DNA of 64,000 nucleotides from Trichosphaerium sp. ATCC 40318 (lineage: Eukaryota > Protista > Tubulinea): the NCBI GenBank assembly GCA_038496445.1, contig JALMLS010000255.1:372001-436000 (forward strand), given 5' to 3'. Below, in pieces: positions 36,561 through 49,624 of the stretch. Below the pieces are notes generated by a model. The model did not search any database and was not told the DNA's origin. It worked only from the letters and a program-made list of their open reading frames with translations. The position numbers and the translations under genes are program-made. The number at the start of each line of letters is the position of its first letter. The stretch's first letter is position 1.

Positions 36561-39500
36561 ATGCTACTGTTGAGGACACAATACTGTACAACAAGCACAA
36601 AGCGTTTATCAAATACAGTCTTGTCGCTCAAATCAAGACAAATGGCAACAACACAGTCCTACCCAAACTCGCTCCGATTTAATCTTGCTCCACACAAGAT
36701 TAAAAGGCTTGCAGATGACCTAATAGAAGAATCAACAAAAGTGAATAGATATAATTGTATACCAGCCTAATACTCTTACATAGCGCTTGGATACAATAGC
36801 CAAGGTAGATGATCCTTCTTTTGATACTTTAGAGGCAATTGCAGAAGAAACGGCCAACTTTGGTTCGAAGTACAGTCTATGCTACTTTCCTAGCCACACA
36901 GACCCAGATAAGAGGTACTCACAAAAAAAAAGTTACAACGCCAAACATCCTTCTCATAATTGTTTAGTATACGCGATGCAAGTACAGAGGCGTTAAAAAA
37001 ACTAAATAAGTACGAAATTGAAAAAGAAATGCGTGAGGACATCTACAAAGTACGTTTGACGCCCATTCACAGCTGTAAAAACGTTAAATAACGCGTAACG
37101 TTACGTTTTAAATAACAAAATGCTGTTGACAAAAAGTTCTTTGCTTTAGGTCGTTTCTGCGTATGCCAAGAAGGGTGAAAACCTTGAAGGAGAAAAGAAA
37201 CGCCTTTGTGATAAAATGATGGAGCATTTTGAAAGAAATGGGTTGGGATTAAACAAAGTAACGTTCTGTTTTATGACATCTTTTTTTTTATTTTGTAGCC
37301 CACGTGGTTATTGAAAAAAGACAAATTGCACGTTTTGTGTTATTGCTTGGTCTTGCTCTAATTATATTTTAGGAAGATCAAGAAAAGCTTAAGGCTATCA
37401 AAAAGAGTACGTACAAATGTGTTGTAATCAAGCGAAAGTTTAACCTTTTTTAGAAATGTCTGATTTGGGAACGCAGTTCAATAAAAACTTGTCTGAGTAC
37501 AAGGAAACGATTCCGTTCACTAAGGACGAATTGGAAGGTTTATCAGATGATTACTTGGAGAGCTTAAAACGCGATGGGGATAAGTACCTTGTCGGCACTG
37601 CCTACACAGAGTTGTTTCCTATTTATAGAACTGTATGTGCATACTTTAATTCAGTCTTAGTAGTTGACATAAATTCCTAGGCCAAGAAAGAGGAAACCAG
37701 AAAGAAAATGGAGACAATGCGTAGCTCTCAATGTCAAAAAGAGAATATTCCAATATTACAGGAACTAGTTAAACTTCGTGAACGTACTCAACAAAACCAG
37801 ACCAAAAACTATTTTGATTTATTGTACTTTAGAGGAAGCACAATTACTTGGCTTCAAGAGCCACGCCGAATATGTATTGAAAGTGCGTATGGCGCAGACT
37901 CCAGGTACCGTTGACTTCGCCTTGTTTGTTATTCTGATTTTCTGATAGAGGCTGTTTTTACTTTCATTAACGATTTGAAAGACAAACTGGAAGAAAGTGC
38001 TAAGGAAGAGTTAGAGGTACACCGTTTTTTCTTTGTTGTTCACTTATGTTACTAGGAATTGAAAGCACTCAAGAAAAAGGAAAAAGAGGAACGTGGAGAA
38101 GAGTATGATGGTATACATTTTACATATTTTTGTATATTGAATTTGTATTAGGCTCGTTCAACCTCTGGGACTGGTACTACTATATCCGAATGAACAAGGA
38201 ATTGAAGTATAAGCTGGATAATGAAACAGTTAAACAGTATTTCCCAGTGGAGCACGTCACTGAGCAAATGTTGGGGGTTTACCAAGAAGTCCTATGTTTG
38301 AGGTAACAAGAAGTTGCTTGAAGATTTTTTATCTTAGTTTTGTTTCAGGTTTGAACCAACTCCAAATGCTCATGTATGGCATCCAGATGTAGAGCAATAC
38401 GACGTATATGATAAAGATACAAACACAAAGATTGGTCAATTCTACATTGACCTATTCCCAAGGTATAAACCAACTGCAACTGCTATGCGCATACTAATAC
38501 AAAAAAAGGGAGGGTAAATATTCTCATGCCGCAAAGTTTACACTCTTGAAGAGATCCAAGCGAGAAGGAAATATTCAAATACCTGTATGCGCAATGGTAT
38601 GTTAAGGCGATGCGTTAGCTCCAAGAAAGTTTGTTTTACTTATATTTGTAGGTGTGCAACTTTACAAAACCAACAAAGGAGAAGCCTTCTCTTCTAACAT
38701 TTGATGAAGTCGAAACATACTTTCATGGTACACAATGCCTACTGTTTTTACGATTTACTCCTCTATAGAATTTGGCCACGCTATGCATGAGTTGTGCACC
38801 ACAGCTAACTACTGGATTTTTGCTGGTACACGTGTACAGACTGATTTTGTGGAAGCGCCTAGTCAAATGGCTGGTAATACTTTTGTGTACTTTTTTTTTG
38901 ATTGTACTGACAAACTGCATTGTAGAAAACTGGTGTTTTGAACATGAAGCTCTTATACGTATTAGTAAGCACTATAAGACTGGAGAAAGCATGCCTGAGG
39001 ATATGCGGTACGTCGAAAAAGACCAAGAATCAACACTCAAACAAAATATCTAGAGCATCTATTATTAAATCGAGACAAGCCAACGCTGCTTTGTTGAACA
39101 GAAGACAGTTATTCTTTTGTTTCTTTGATATGATGTTACACACAAAACCAGCTAGTGAGGTGCGTACAAGAGGGAGCTGCCATTTTAAGCTTACTATTTT
39201 TTTATCGATAGGTGGATGTTGCTGCACTTTGGGGTAAGCTTGTTGAAGAAGTACAGCTTGTACCTGTAACTCCTGGGACTTGTGGAGCTGCTACTTTTGG
39301 ACACATGGCAGGTGGCTACTCTTCTGGATATTATGGATACTTGTGGGCTGAAGGTAAACGTCAAAACAATTTCTATCCGAGAATAGGAACTAAAAAACAA
39401 AATACCACTAACTATTTTTACCTGTAGTTTATGCTGCTGATATGTTCACTGCTTTTAAGAAAACTAATGTGTTTGACTCTGTTACTGGTAAGGCTTACAG

Positions 39501-39747
39501 AGACAAAGTTCTAGCAAAGGTGTGTATTGTTTTATTATTGTCGGTCAGATTTTGTTGATGGTATTTTGTTTAATTTATTCTTCCTTCTAGGGATCAACTG
39601 TTGATGCTATGGATTTGTTATTAGACTTTTTGGGTAGAAAGCCAAACAGTGAAGCATTCTTAAAGCAACTAGGTACGTGTAGTCGAGTCTGATATAAAAA
39701 ACAATACATTGAAACTTATTTTATTCAAAAAAGGTGTTACTGCGTGA
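36561..39747 (+). CDS. M3A metallopeptidase (thimet oligopeptidase/neurolysin/Prd1-like), multi-exon
   Basis: FYIDLFPREGKYSHAA, FHEFGHAMHELC (HEXXH), DFVEAPSQMAENW and [26 protein letters not shown]. Confidence 0.96.
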
Positions 39748-39899
39748 AGAGGCAAATGTGCCTTACTTGTCCCTTTAAAGAACTTTTTAAAGCAAAGATG
39801 TGATGATGAGGTAGCTGGTGCTAAAAAAAGTGACAGCAAGTCATGTGGCTGACATAAATGGACACTATGATGAATCTACATTACGGAATAAATCCTGAA

Positions 39900-41180
39900 T
39901 CCATATACTTTAACGATTGTACATACTTATAGCATCCCATTGAACATGACCTATGCAAGGACTACAGCTATTGTTGTCGTCGCCTGCTTTCAATAGGTTA
40001 GTGAAGGGCGCGTCTGTGATCTATATTTTCAGATAAGTACACATGGTGAACTTATATAGGTTTTGCCATTTTGATGCCATTGCTTGTAGGATCTGTCTTT
40101 CTTCACATCACTGCTCATGTACTATTAACTTCCACTATACACAGTGTCTGAACAACACCACTTTCTTAAAAAATCAATTTTCTTGCCATCACGACATTGA
40201 CGTATATACACTGTTGAGTTAAACACTCTATCGCCTTTCCATTTAGAGTATGTTACAACGCACTAGTTGACCATTGTGATACCATTTCATTACCACCAAC
40301 CTCACACCATCCACATAATAGAAGCAAAGCTCATTTCCCATTCTTTACAGTCACCATTCACTTTCAGAAAGTGATATGCTGTACAGCAATACTCCTTCCT
40401 TTTGTCCTTGTATACAGCAGTTTCTGGATTTTACTACTATCACTTCACGTGTAGAACTTTGTATTTTAAGTGTGTGAGAGTAGTTTGGATTAGAAACAAG
40501 CGTCTGGTGACAATGAACCCACAACGTTATATATCATAACCGAACTGGTTCAAGATTGCCAAAACGGTTCAGTCGAGAGCGTATTTATTAACATAGCGGA
40601 CTTACCTTTATTCTATGACAACAGTGATGTTAAGAGCTATGATTACTTTTTCATAAAATTTATGGTTGGCAAGAATAACAATGGTAGCAGGTGATTCACA
40701 TCTACGGTGGAGCATTAAATACATGCTGTTGTTTACCTTCACCCAGCGTAATTGTGTCCATTTACCATGTTGTTTTTCTCCTTCTAATTTGCCAAAAATA
40801 GTACTTTTGTGATTGGCCATTCTCATACCAACCTTTGTGCTCTCCATTTCACCTTTTGCAACATACAGGTGGACATTTCATCTTTGATTCCTTTACTTGA
40901 AACAAAGAAACAAACATAAGCTTTCTTCAGTCAACTGATCTAGCACTTATTAGCCATACACTTACGTCAAAAACACCAACTGTGACTCCAATATAAAGCC
41001 ACATTAGCTGATAAACTACTGCATCAAAGACGTTCACTTTAGCCGAGTGTGCAAAGTAATGCTTTTCTTTTTTTTCTTTACCTCCTTTATCCGTGCAATT
41101 CTCACTTTGATACATCTCGTCTCTACTTGATTTAATCCAAGGTTCTCTTCTTTGTCCTGAATAACTTTTCAACATCAAAA
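39900..41180 (-). pseudogene. Heavily decayed MORN-variant repeat gene
   Basis: Stop- and frameshift-ridden fragments such as KLEGEKQHGKWTQ and DGKKIDFLRKWC resemble the repeats at 49625-51247; no introns seen. Confidence 0.45.
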
Positions 41181-42132
41181 ATATGCGTTATCTCGTGGTC
41201 GAAAATACAGAAAAAAATAGGAATTGTAACATTTATCGCAAACGCGGTCAAGTTCAGTTCTGATTTTTTGCATAATACACCAACATGTCAATGTGCGTAT
41301 TTTCTATTTTTTCAAACAAACTGCGAGGTAAAAGTTGTTCGTTTTGACGTAAAAAATCGACAAAAAAGCCAAAATTTCTGGCATACTACATCGATTTCAA
41401 TGCTGATTCTTTGCACATTGATGTAACTCGTACGGGAGCACGTAAACCTACTTTTTAAAGTACATACAGCGAATGAGGAAAGACAAATGTTTCAATTTCT
41501 GGCTTACCAAATTGACTTTGATGCGCCTTGTCGTGAAAATAAAACTTGAATAGAAAAAATTAGTGGTATTTCAGAAATTGTAAGCAAAACCATTCCAATG
41601 AAACAAACTACAAGCTCTATTTGAAGGCTCATCTTCGTCTGCAACACTAATTTAAGGCGATGGATATTAAGCACAACAGATCGTTTGCTTCTGGGTATGT
41701 TATACAGAAAGTTGGGCGAAAAGTCAAAAAACAAATCTTACAACGCACAGGAACCGGATAAAGAAAGAAATAGGAACAATTCAACGCGGATTGTGATGGA
41801 CCTGTAGCAGAACGCACAGGGATGGCAAGAGTAATGGAGAATGAATTTTGCTTTTGTCTTTGAGATCTGTGACCGACAAGTGCTAGTTTGTTGTACCCGA
41901 TAATGATAAGGTTGTTCAAGGCAGAACAAACATGTATAAAAGGCTATTGCACGAAGCTTAGATTGATAATAAAGGTCTGAATTCAGAGACAACAATATAA
42001 GGCGCATGTTGCGTATATGGCACTGCAATTGGACAGTTCAATACGATTGTCACGTGAGGTTATCTTAAAAACCAGATTTCTTCGAATTCTACAGAATACT
42101 CTTGACTGCCTCACAAACTCGCAATAAACAAC

Positions 42133-44786
42133 ATGAGTGCACCTAGACGCAAACAACCGAACAGAAACAAACGGAAAATCCAACGGGAAGAAACAATCTC
42201 AGTAATACTCACCAAGTCTTCTCGTAAGCCTATTGTACTCGTTCCTGGGTCAACCAAGGCAAAACCGTACCGCGCAATGGTGCTTGAAGCACTTGCAGAG
42301 TTAACTTACAGAAACAAGGTAAAACGCACTCAAATCGCCTAAACTAACCAAACATAGCCTGTAAGCCGACAAGCCATCTCCAAATTTGTATATCAAAACT
42401 ATAAAGTGAGCGACGCTTACAAACGATACGTTAATAGTTGCTTGACGCGGTAAGCATTACATTTTCAATCAATGAAGATTGTTCTGCTCCAAGTAATACA
42501 AACAGGCCTTATTAACGTTATACTGTAGCCTTGTATCTGAAGGTGTGCTGAAGCAAGTTAAATACTCATACAGAATTGCTCAACCTAAAAAAAAGGCAAT
42601 CAAAAAGAAAAAAACGTACGCAAACTTACTGCTATTTTAGCCGTTAACCGTCAACATAACGGCTCAAGAAATTAAACTAAAATTACGCCAACAATGACTT
42701 TACGCTTGAGCGAGTACTTATTTAATATCTAGTGTAAGAAAGACAGCGAAACGAACGACTACGCGAAAAGCCACAAAAAAGACTGGAAGAAAAGTACGTT
42801 TGGTTTTTTTTTAACGAGAGCAAGGTTAGCTTTAAAATAAGAACTTTTACCGTGATTGTTCACCTTTATGTTTTTCTTTGGTACTTCACTCTTTAGCCGT
42901 CCATTTCCTCTAGAAGGTAACTAATCTTGCCATATAGCGCAAGCGGGACGAAGAAGAATCAGAAGATAGTGACATTGAAGAAGATTCCTTGGAGGATAGC
43001 TCTGAAGAGCCGTCAGAGGCGTATGAACCAAAGAAAACGACAAAGCGCGCCACGCGCTCCAAGAAGAAAGCGCCTGTGCGCAAGACAGCACGTAAACCAG
43101 CGAGAAAATCAGCAAGGAAGACAGCACCAAAGAAAAAAACTCCTCGTAAAAAAAGAAAAGTGACAATAACAAGAGAAGGCACAGAGGTACGTCGATTTGT
43201 ATCATACGTTTTTGTTTAATGCTTCTCAGGTCTTAGAAAACGAGAAAAAGCGTATAACTAGACTTACACGTGTTCCTTCAACGTCACTTGAAACAACAAA
43301 ACAAAGAGCTAAAAATGTTGACACCAAGCTTCAGGCACGTGTTCAATTGAACGTAGGTTGAAATCTAACGTACTTTCTCAGATTATTTTTGCGTTTGACA
43401 CGACTGGAAGTATGTACGATGTTCTTGAGACAGTCAAGACAAAGATTGGAGAAATTGCAAAGTCTCTTTTGGATGACATTGGCAGCATTGAGTTTGGTTT
43501 GATCGCATTTGCTGGTACGTACCAGACCTTTGTCTTTTTCAACTATTTTTACTAACCGATTGCGTTAGACTACGATCAATTAAAACCTGAGCCTTATTTG
43601 ATAAAACACTTGGACTTCTCTGATGATGTTGATGCTATTACCGCTTGGGTTCATGGCGTTGAAGGAACTTATGGTGCTGATTGGCCGGAAGCCTATGAGG
43701 TGAGTCACCTTTAATACCTAGTTCAGTACATAAACGTCTTACTGCTTGGTTAAGGTCGCATTGAAGAAAGTGCACGACTTTGGGTGGAAGGATAAATACA
43801 GTAAAGCCATGATAGTATTTGGCGACGCCATTCCTCACAATCTCGATGATTACAAGTATGGTTACTTTCTTGTTAATATCTAGAAACACCAATCCTTACG
43901 TACTATTTCAGAACTCTTGATTATTTGAAAGATGTTGAGAATATTGATTGGGAAGAAGAACTTGAAAAAATTGCAGAATCACAGATTAAAATATATGCAG
44001 TGCAAGTGCGTACCTGATCTATCAAAGACCAAATAGACCAAATAATTTTACTCACGATTCATTTAAGTGTAACTCTACAAATGAACAGACAACACAATTT
44101 TTTACAAAACTAGCAGAAGAGACAGGAGGCGAGAGATCTGAGGTAATTTTGGTTTCCTTTTTTTTCGTAAGTTTCTCTGACTTGATTCTCACAACAGCTC
44201 AACGATGATACTGTAGTCGATACAATCAAAGGTTTATGTTATCGTGAAGCAACTGAAGTACAATATCAACACCACGCTGTTGAGATTGAGAAGCGCATGC
44301 GTCTTGTAGAGCGCCAAGATTCCGCACAATTCATGCTTCCAGTTGAACTTAATCGAGAAACAATTGATGTACGTTTACCACAGCTACTCGACGCCTTCTT
44401 ACTCACCTTGTAAGCTCACTGATGATGAAATATTAACAATACATAATGTAATACATGAACCTGGAACTGACTATGTCACTCTTGGAGATACAAAGCATGC
44501 TATACGCTACGGTCAAGGTAAGTTTGGTTTGTGGGGTTTTTCCGATCCCTAATTCTGTTATTAAGCTGGCTGTCGGTTTGTGCACTATGGAGGGCTGTGT
44601 TTTATAGAACAAAATAAAGACAAGGATAGCAAATTTGCTCGCATGGCTATCAAAGGCAAATCAATCACTTGGATTTGCAGGCATGTTTTTGTTTTTCCTC
44701 AACCTTTTTTGTTCATGAAATTAATGTACTGGTTTAGAAAAGGCAAATGGGGATTAATTATTGACAAAAATATTGTACGCAAATGA
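42133..44786 (+). CDS. Linker-histone H1 (H15) domain + Lys-rich tail + VWA domain + small C-terminal domain fusion protein (multi-exon)
   Basis: PYRAMVLEALAELTYRNKPVSRQAISKFVYQNYKVSDAYKRYVNSCLTRLVSEGVLKQVKYSYRI (H15-like) splices in frame to KKTTKRATRSKKKAPVRKTARK and then IIFAFDTTGSM...GLIAFADY...GADWPEAYEVAL...IVFGDAIPH (VWA, DxTGS MIDAS). Confidence 0.82.
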
Positions 44787-44914
44787 TTAAGGTAAAACAA
44801 TACGTCCTTAAATAAATTCAATTTTCCTCATGTCATGTACCTTCATGTGTTATTTGCCTTTTTTCAGATTTGTGTCAAACGTACGTTGGTTAAGCATGTA
44901 CCAATGTACAGTTA

Positions 44915-47900
44915 ATGAACAACTGGGATAAGCGTGTTACCAATTTCTTCTCACCGCTTTTTTTGTTTTCTTGTTTTGGACGCCTAAAGCACGTATACAA
45001 TTGTTTTGCGCGTATAATTCTCTCTTTAGAGTGTTTTGGGCCTTGGTTGGCAAAATTATCTGTTTTTAGCATTAAAAGCTTCTTGTCCTCAGTCCAGGTG
45101 TGGTAACGGCATATATGGTATGATTAGTACGTTCTACAAGCGTTAGACATCACCAGAGCGTGTTCAAAGCAGATATTGAACAACGTTCCTGTTTAGGCAA
45201 TACTACTTAAAAGTAAAACTCGGCATTTTGAAAGTAATTTATTGTGCGCACACAGTAGTTATACACTTTCATACTTTTCACACTTGATATATGGCGTTAA
45301 AAAAAGCGTTTACGCCTAGGTCAAATGCGTAAATAGCTCTAGGAAGATTTTTGTAAGTAGTCCTAATTAGGAAGTATATTCTGAGCCTACCTACTTTTAA
45401 TGCTGTAGGTGTTATATCTAGTAGAATACAATTTGTTGCATACATTAGTATGGATGAAAACATGTGTAGTTCTTCAGACTCCAAATTCTGGTGAACAGTC
45501 GAGTTCAGAAGAAAATGGAATTTACAAATTACGCAAGCCTGATGGCTGCACAGACTTGAAACCCTTCTTAGCATGTGTATAGTAGCTTTAATATGAGTTA
45601 GAGTCGTTTAATAGGTTGTACACGCTTGCCCTAAATCGGTATTGGGGAACAATTGGCTGCAATATTAGCACAGCAAACCAACGTTTTACACGTTTTCCGA
45701 GTGATAATCGTCGTTTAAAGGTACATTGAACATACGCGTTCTAGTACCATAAACTTTGTTTTAGCTCATAGCGCATAAATTTAATTGCAAGAACTATTAT
45801 GGCTTTACAGGCTTGAATCATCTGTTTATTCTCAATGAAGCTCGTTAGTGCTTTTTTAGTTTAGCCTTAAAAAAACACGTAAAAAAGTAAGTAGGTTATT
45901 TCACACTTGGAAGTTAACAATAGAGCCATTCGTTGTAGAACTATATTTACACATAATAAAGCATTGGTGAGAGGTGTCAGCCACTTACAAAAATAGAGCA
46001 CTAGATGATTCTGAATCAAAAGCAAGATAATTAGTAACTTTTCAAATTCGGCCTTTTCGGACAGCAGTGTAAATGACAGTGAATGCTCTATTTACGCGCA
46101 AAAAGTGTACTACAATCATAGTTGAGGTTTTTTAAGTCCCAGTTAAACAAACATGTTTCCTGAGACTTCAAAAGCGATCAAATACCCTGTTTACGCGTAA
46201 ACAGTTTAAAGTAAGCATCCTATCGATACTAATGCCAAAAAAGTTCAAGCGCTTATGCACTTTCATACAATTGACAGGAAGTACAATTTCTGAGCGTAAA
46301 ATTCAGATCTATGGCAACAACTTTTGTTTTGTAGAGTGGCTACGCAAAACGTCATTCTCTTCTGGTTTTCAGAAATTATGTCTTTGTACCCTTTTATACT
46401 TTGTTTACGTATCAGCTTCTATTTTGTTTAGCCAGTTACTTTTGAAAAGTATGCTTCGGCGAACTTTGCATTTGTGAAAAAACCATCGTTGGTTAAGAGT
46501 CTTTTAATCACTTGTGTGTACCATGGTTTAAATCATCAAGATCTTTTTGCTGTGCAGCTTTGTTTCGGGCATCTAAAAGTTGGGAGAAAGAGGGAACCAA
46601 AAAGCACAGCTACGCAACAACTTAAAACTGTTTAGCACGCTGAAAACAGTCCACAAAGCCAAAAAAGGGAAATCAGAATGCGTATTAAAAAAAACTATTT
46701 ACTACGCAAACTCCGGACTCATAAAAAACTCAAATGTGCTTCAATTGTACATTAAAGCCATTGCGATGAATGCACGGTCTCATAGTGTTAAGTCACTTTC
46801 CATATTGATTTTAACGACTTACCATCATAAACCGTTTAATCTGCAAGTGATGGAACAACACGGGAGTGACATGTTTTCGACACTGCCAGACGAGTTGCTG
46901 TTCTTCCTGCTTTCGTTTTTAGACATCATTGGGTCTCTTGCCTTTACGTGCAAGAGGCTAAGAGCCGTGGCCAGGTGCTACAGTACGACCAGAACGAACA
47001 GTTGCAAGGTTTGCTCACTAATTTAGACCGTTCCATCACTATGAGAAGCGGTGTCCTTAATTACCCAGTACTACACTGGGCTGTAAGTACGTGACACATA
47101 CCCACAAATCGTTTTTGAAGCTCCTAACTTTTTGTAAAGACGTTTTACACATGGCAGAGGTTAGCCAAGATAACCTCCTATGCATGTTGGAGAACATGTT
47201 CTGTGCCACAACGGCACAACCCAAAGATTGCTGGTTTGTTTGGCAAAGCACTCGCTTCATTTCTCGGAAGCTCATTCATTTGCGGTGCTTTATCCCAGGT
47301 GAACATTTCCCAGGCACGACTCTTTGTTTGTTTTGTTTTTTTTTTTGATTTTCGAAAACCGATTTTTACGATCGTTTTTTTTTTTTTTTGTTTTTTTTTT
47401 TTGAGTAGTTGTATTCAAGGAATAATATTTTGCGTAGGCAATCGGTATTCAATCGCTACGTACATTAAAATGTACAACGAAAGGTGTAAAATAGAGCGCG
47501 CCCGCGCGTTGTCACTCATGTATCTGGTTGAAAGACAAGGATTCCTTGTTACATCAAGCGTAATGAACATGTGCACTATTGGCCCAATAGTATTGTACAG
47601 GACGAATGTGGTCCTTGGAGACCTATATGAGGCGTTAGTAGAGCTCGATAACCACATGTTTGAGCAATCATACAATTGCTTTGAGGGTTTTTTTTTTAGA
47701 GTTGGTGAAACGTACACGTTGGGCGCTCTTGTACATGCTGATTACATCGTTGCAATCATGGACATGAATTATTATCAAGAATATCTATGGGAAAACCGCC
47801 GATACCCATCTGAGATAGTTTCAAGACGTGAATTTGAGGAGACACTTTTGGCAAAATTTAAAAGATACCGGCCAGGTCGAGAAAAAAAAGACTGAAAAAT

Positions 47901-47920
47901 AAAAGATTTAAGTTCTGTTT
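44915..47920 (+). repeat. ~3 kb near-identical direct repeat of 1520-4560
   Basis: Direct sequence comparison; begins ~130 bp after the H1-VWA stop codon. Confidence 0.97.
46850..47895 (+). pseudogene. F-box-like protein, copy C (same frameshift as copy A)
   Basis: MFSTLPDELLFFLLSFLD; same exon layout and the same aaggtttgctc 1-nt deletion as copy A. Confidence 0.65.
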
Positions 47921-48848
47921 CGTTGGTTTTTTTCTTTGAGTAGTTTCCTATTACACATAGCAAATGCTCTCTAGTCTCATTGAATTTAAGGGCTTTAGAA
48001 TTTGTTGCCTGTTCTTGTCAACAACTTTTCAACCTTGATTACTTCTACAAATTGTGTTGTTCGCTATTTAATGGTTACAGACCAAACAGCTACATGAGAC
48101 AGCCACAAGTGTTCACATTCAGGCTCAACTTTCTATCTCCTCACGGAGCATTAGTCAACCCCAGGAGTCCACATTGCCCTTCACCAATTAGCCTTAGCGC
48201 TTACAGTATGATATTAACCACATGTATAAGCTGCCATAATTTGTGAGAAATGGGGCATTCAAGTCCAACAAATTTGTAGTGAATACGCTATTTACGCAAG
48301 TATTGAAAAGCATGCAAAGTTGTGGACGAGATTTTTAAGCTCTAGATAAAGCAAATGTGTTTCATGTAACTTCAAAAGTGAAGATACGCAATATTGTCGA
48401 TCTAGTCATCAACGTTTGGTATGAGGTCTTTATCTCAAATTGCTCCCATCATTTCTTTTTGGTTGCTATATCTCAAACACTACTATCCGTCACTATGCAT
48501 GTCAAACACTTCCGGCTATCACAGCACATCCGAAATTGTTGTTCCGCTATTAGCTAATTATTGCACTAACTAAGTTCTTCTTCTCTTGCTTCTGCCACTA
48601 CTCATACAACATCCATACACTCATCAACGCTTGTTGCGACAGGTATCATGTATCCATGGGCATCTTCAGGGAATTTTGTGTTAAAAGAGATCTTCAAGAG
48701 TTGCAACAAGGCGAATGCCGCGAACAATTGAATTACATAGATGAAAAGTTGAGCTTTGGTACAATAAGATAGTTTTAATGTTACTTGATAATATGCTTGG
48801 CTGTTTACAAAGTTATTTCATTATCACCAAATAAGTTTAACCCAGTCA

Positions 48849-49420
48849 TTACATGAAGTCATCTGTGACTTGTACGTCAATAACCTCTCCATCAACATAC
48901 CTACAAATTATATATGTACGCCCATTTTCATGCCACTGTATTGATTTTCCGTTGGCACACCACCGGTGTACTGTAACTGACACTTCATTTTACCATTTTG
49001 ATACCATTGCTGGTAGTCTCCTTGCTTCTTTCCATCAATGCACATGTATTTTTCTTCAATATCTCCACTAGCATACCATTTCTCAAAAAATCCTCTCATT
49101 TTCCCATTCTTATACCCACAACGTATCTTGAGCTTTCCGTCATTATACCACTGTCTAAACCTTCCATTCAGCTCACCTTTGATGTACATACACTCTGTTT
49201 TAAGCTGTCCGTTATAGTGCCACTCCTCAAACAAACCATTGATGGTACAGTTAATGTAGAAACATCTCTTTCGGAGCCTACCATCTTCATGCCACTCCAT
49301 AGCCTTTCCCTTGAGTGTATTATACTTCACCTCTATTTGTCCGTTTGCGTGCCATCTCATTATGGCTGTACACGTGTTTTCTCCGTTACAGACGTTTGGG
49401 TAAGACTTGGTATGACTCAT
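48849..49420 (-). pseudogene. Intronless MORN-variant (YwqK-like) repeat protein with one frameshift near 48955
   Basis: ~24-aa repeats G-x4-W[HY]xNG-x7-Y. After a frameshift the repeat resumes (QWHENGRTYIICRYVDG) to TAA at 48849. This could be a sequencing error. Confidence 0.75.
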
Positions 49421-49624
49421 AAATCAACTACAAACGCCTACAACGTGTACAAGAACATGGCGAGCGGCAATCACCCACATCCCACCCAAAAATTTCCTTT
49501 TCAATTTGTTTTAAAAACCTGTAAAACTTTCTTTTATTTTCCAAGTGTTTCTTGTATAATAGATAACAAATGCTTGGCGCTGCGCTAGAGCCACAAGACA
49601 TTTTGTCTTCCTCCCAAACATCGT

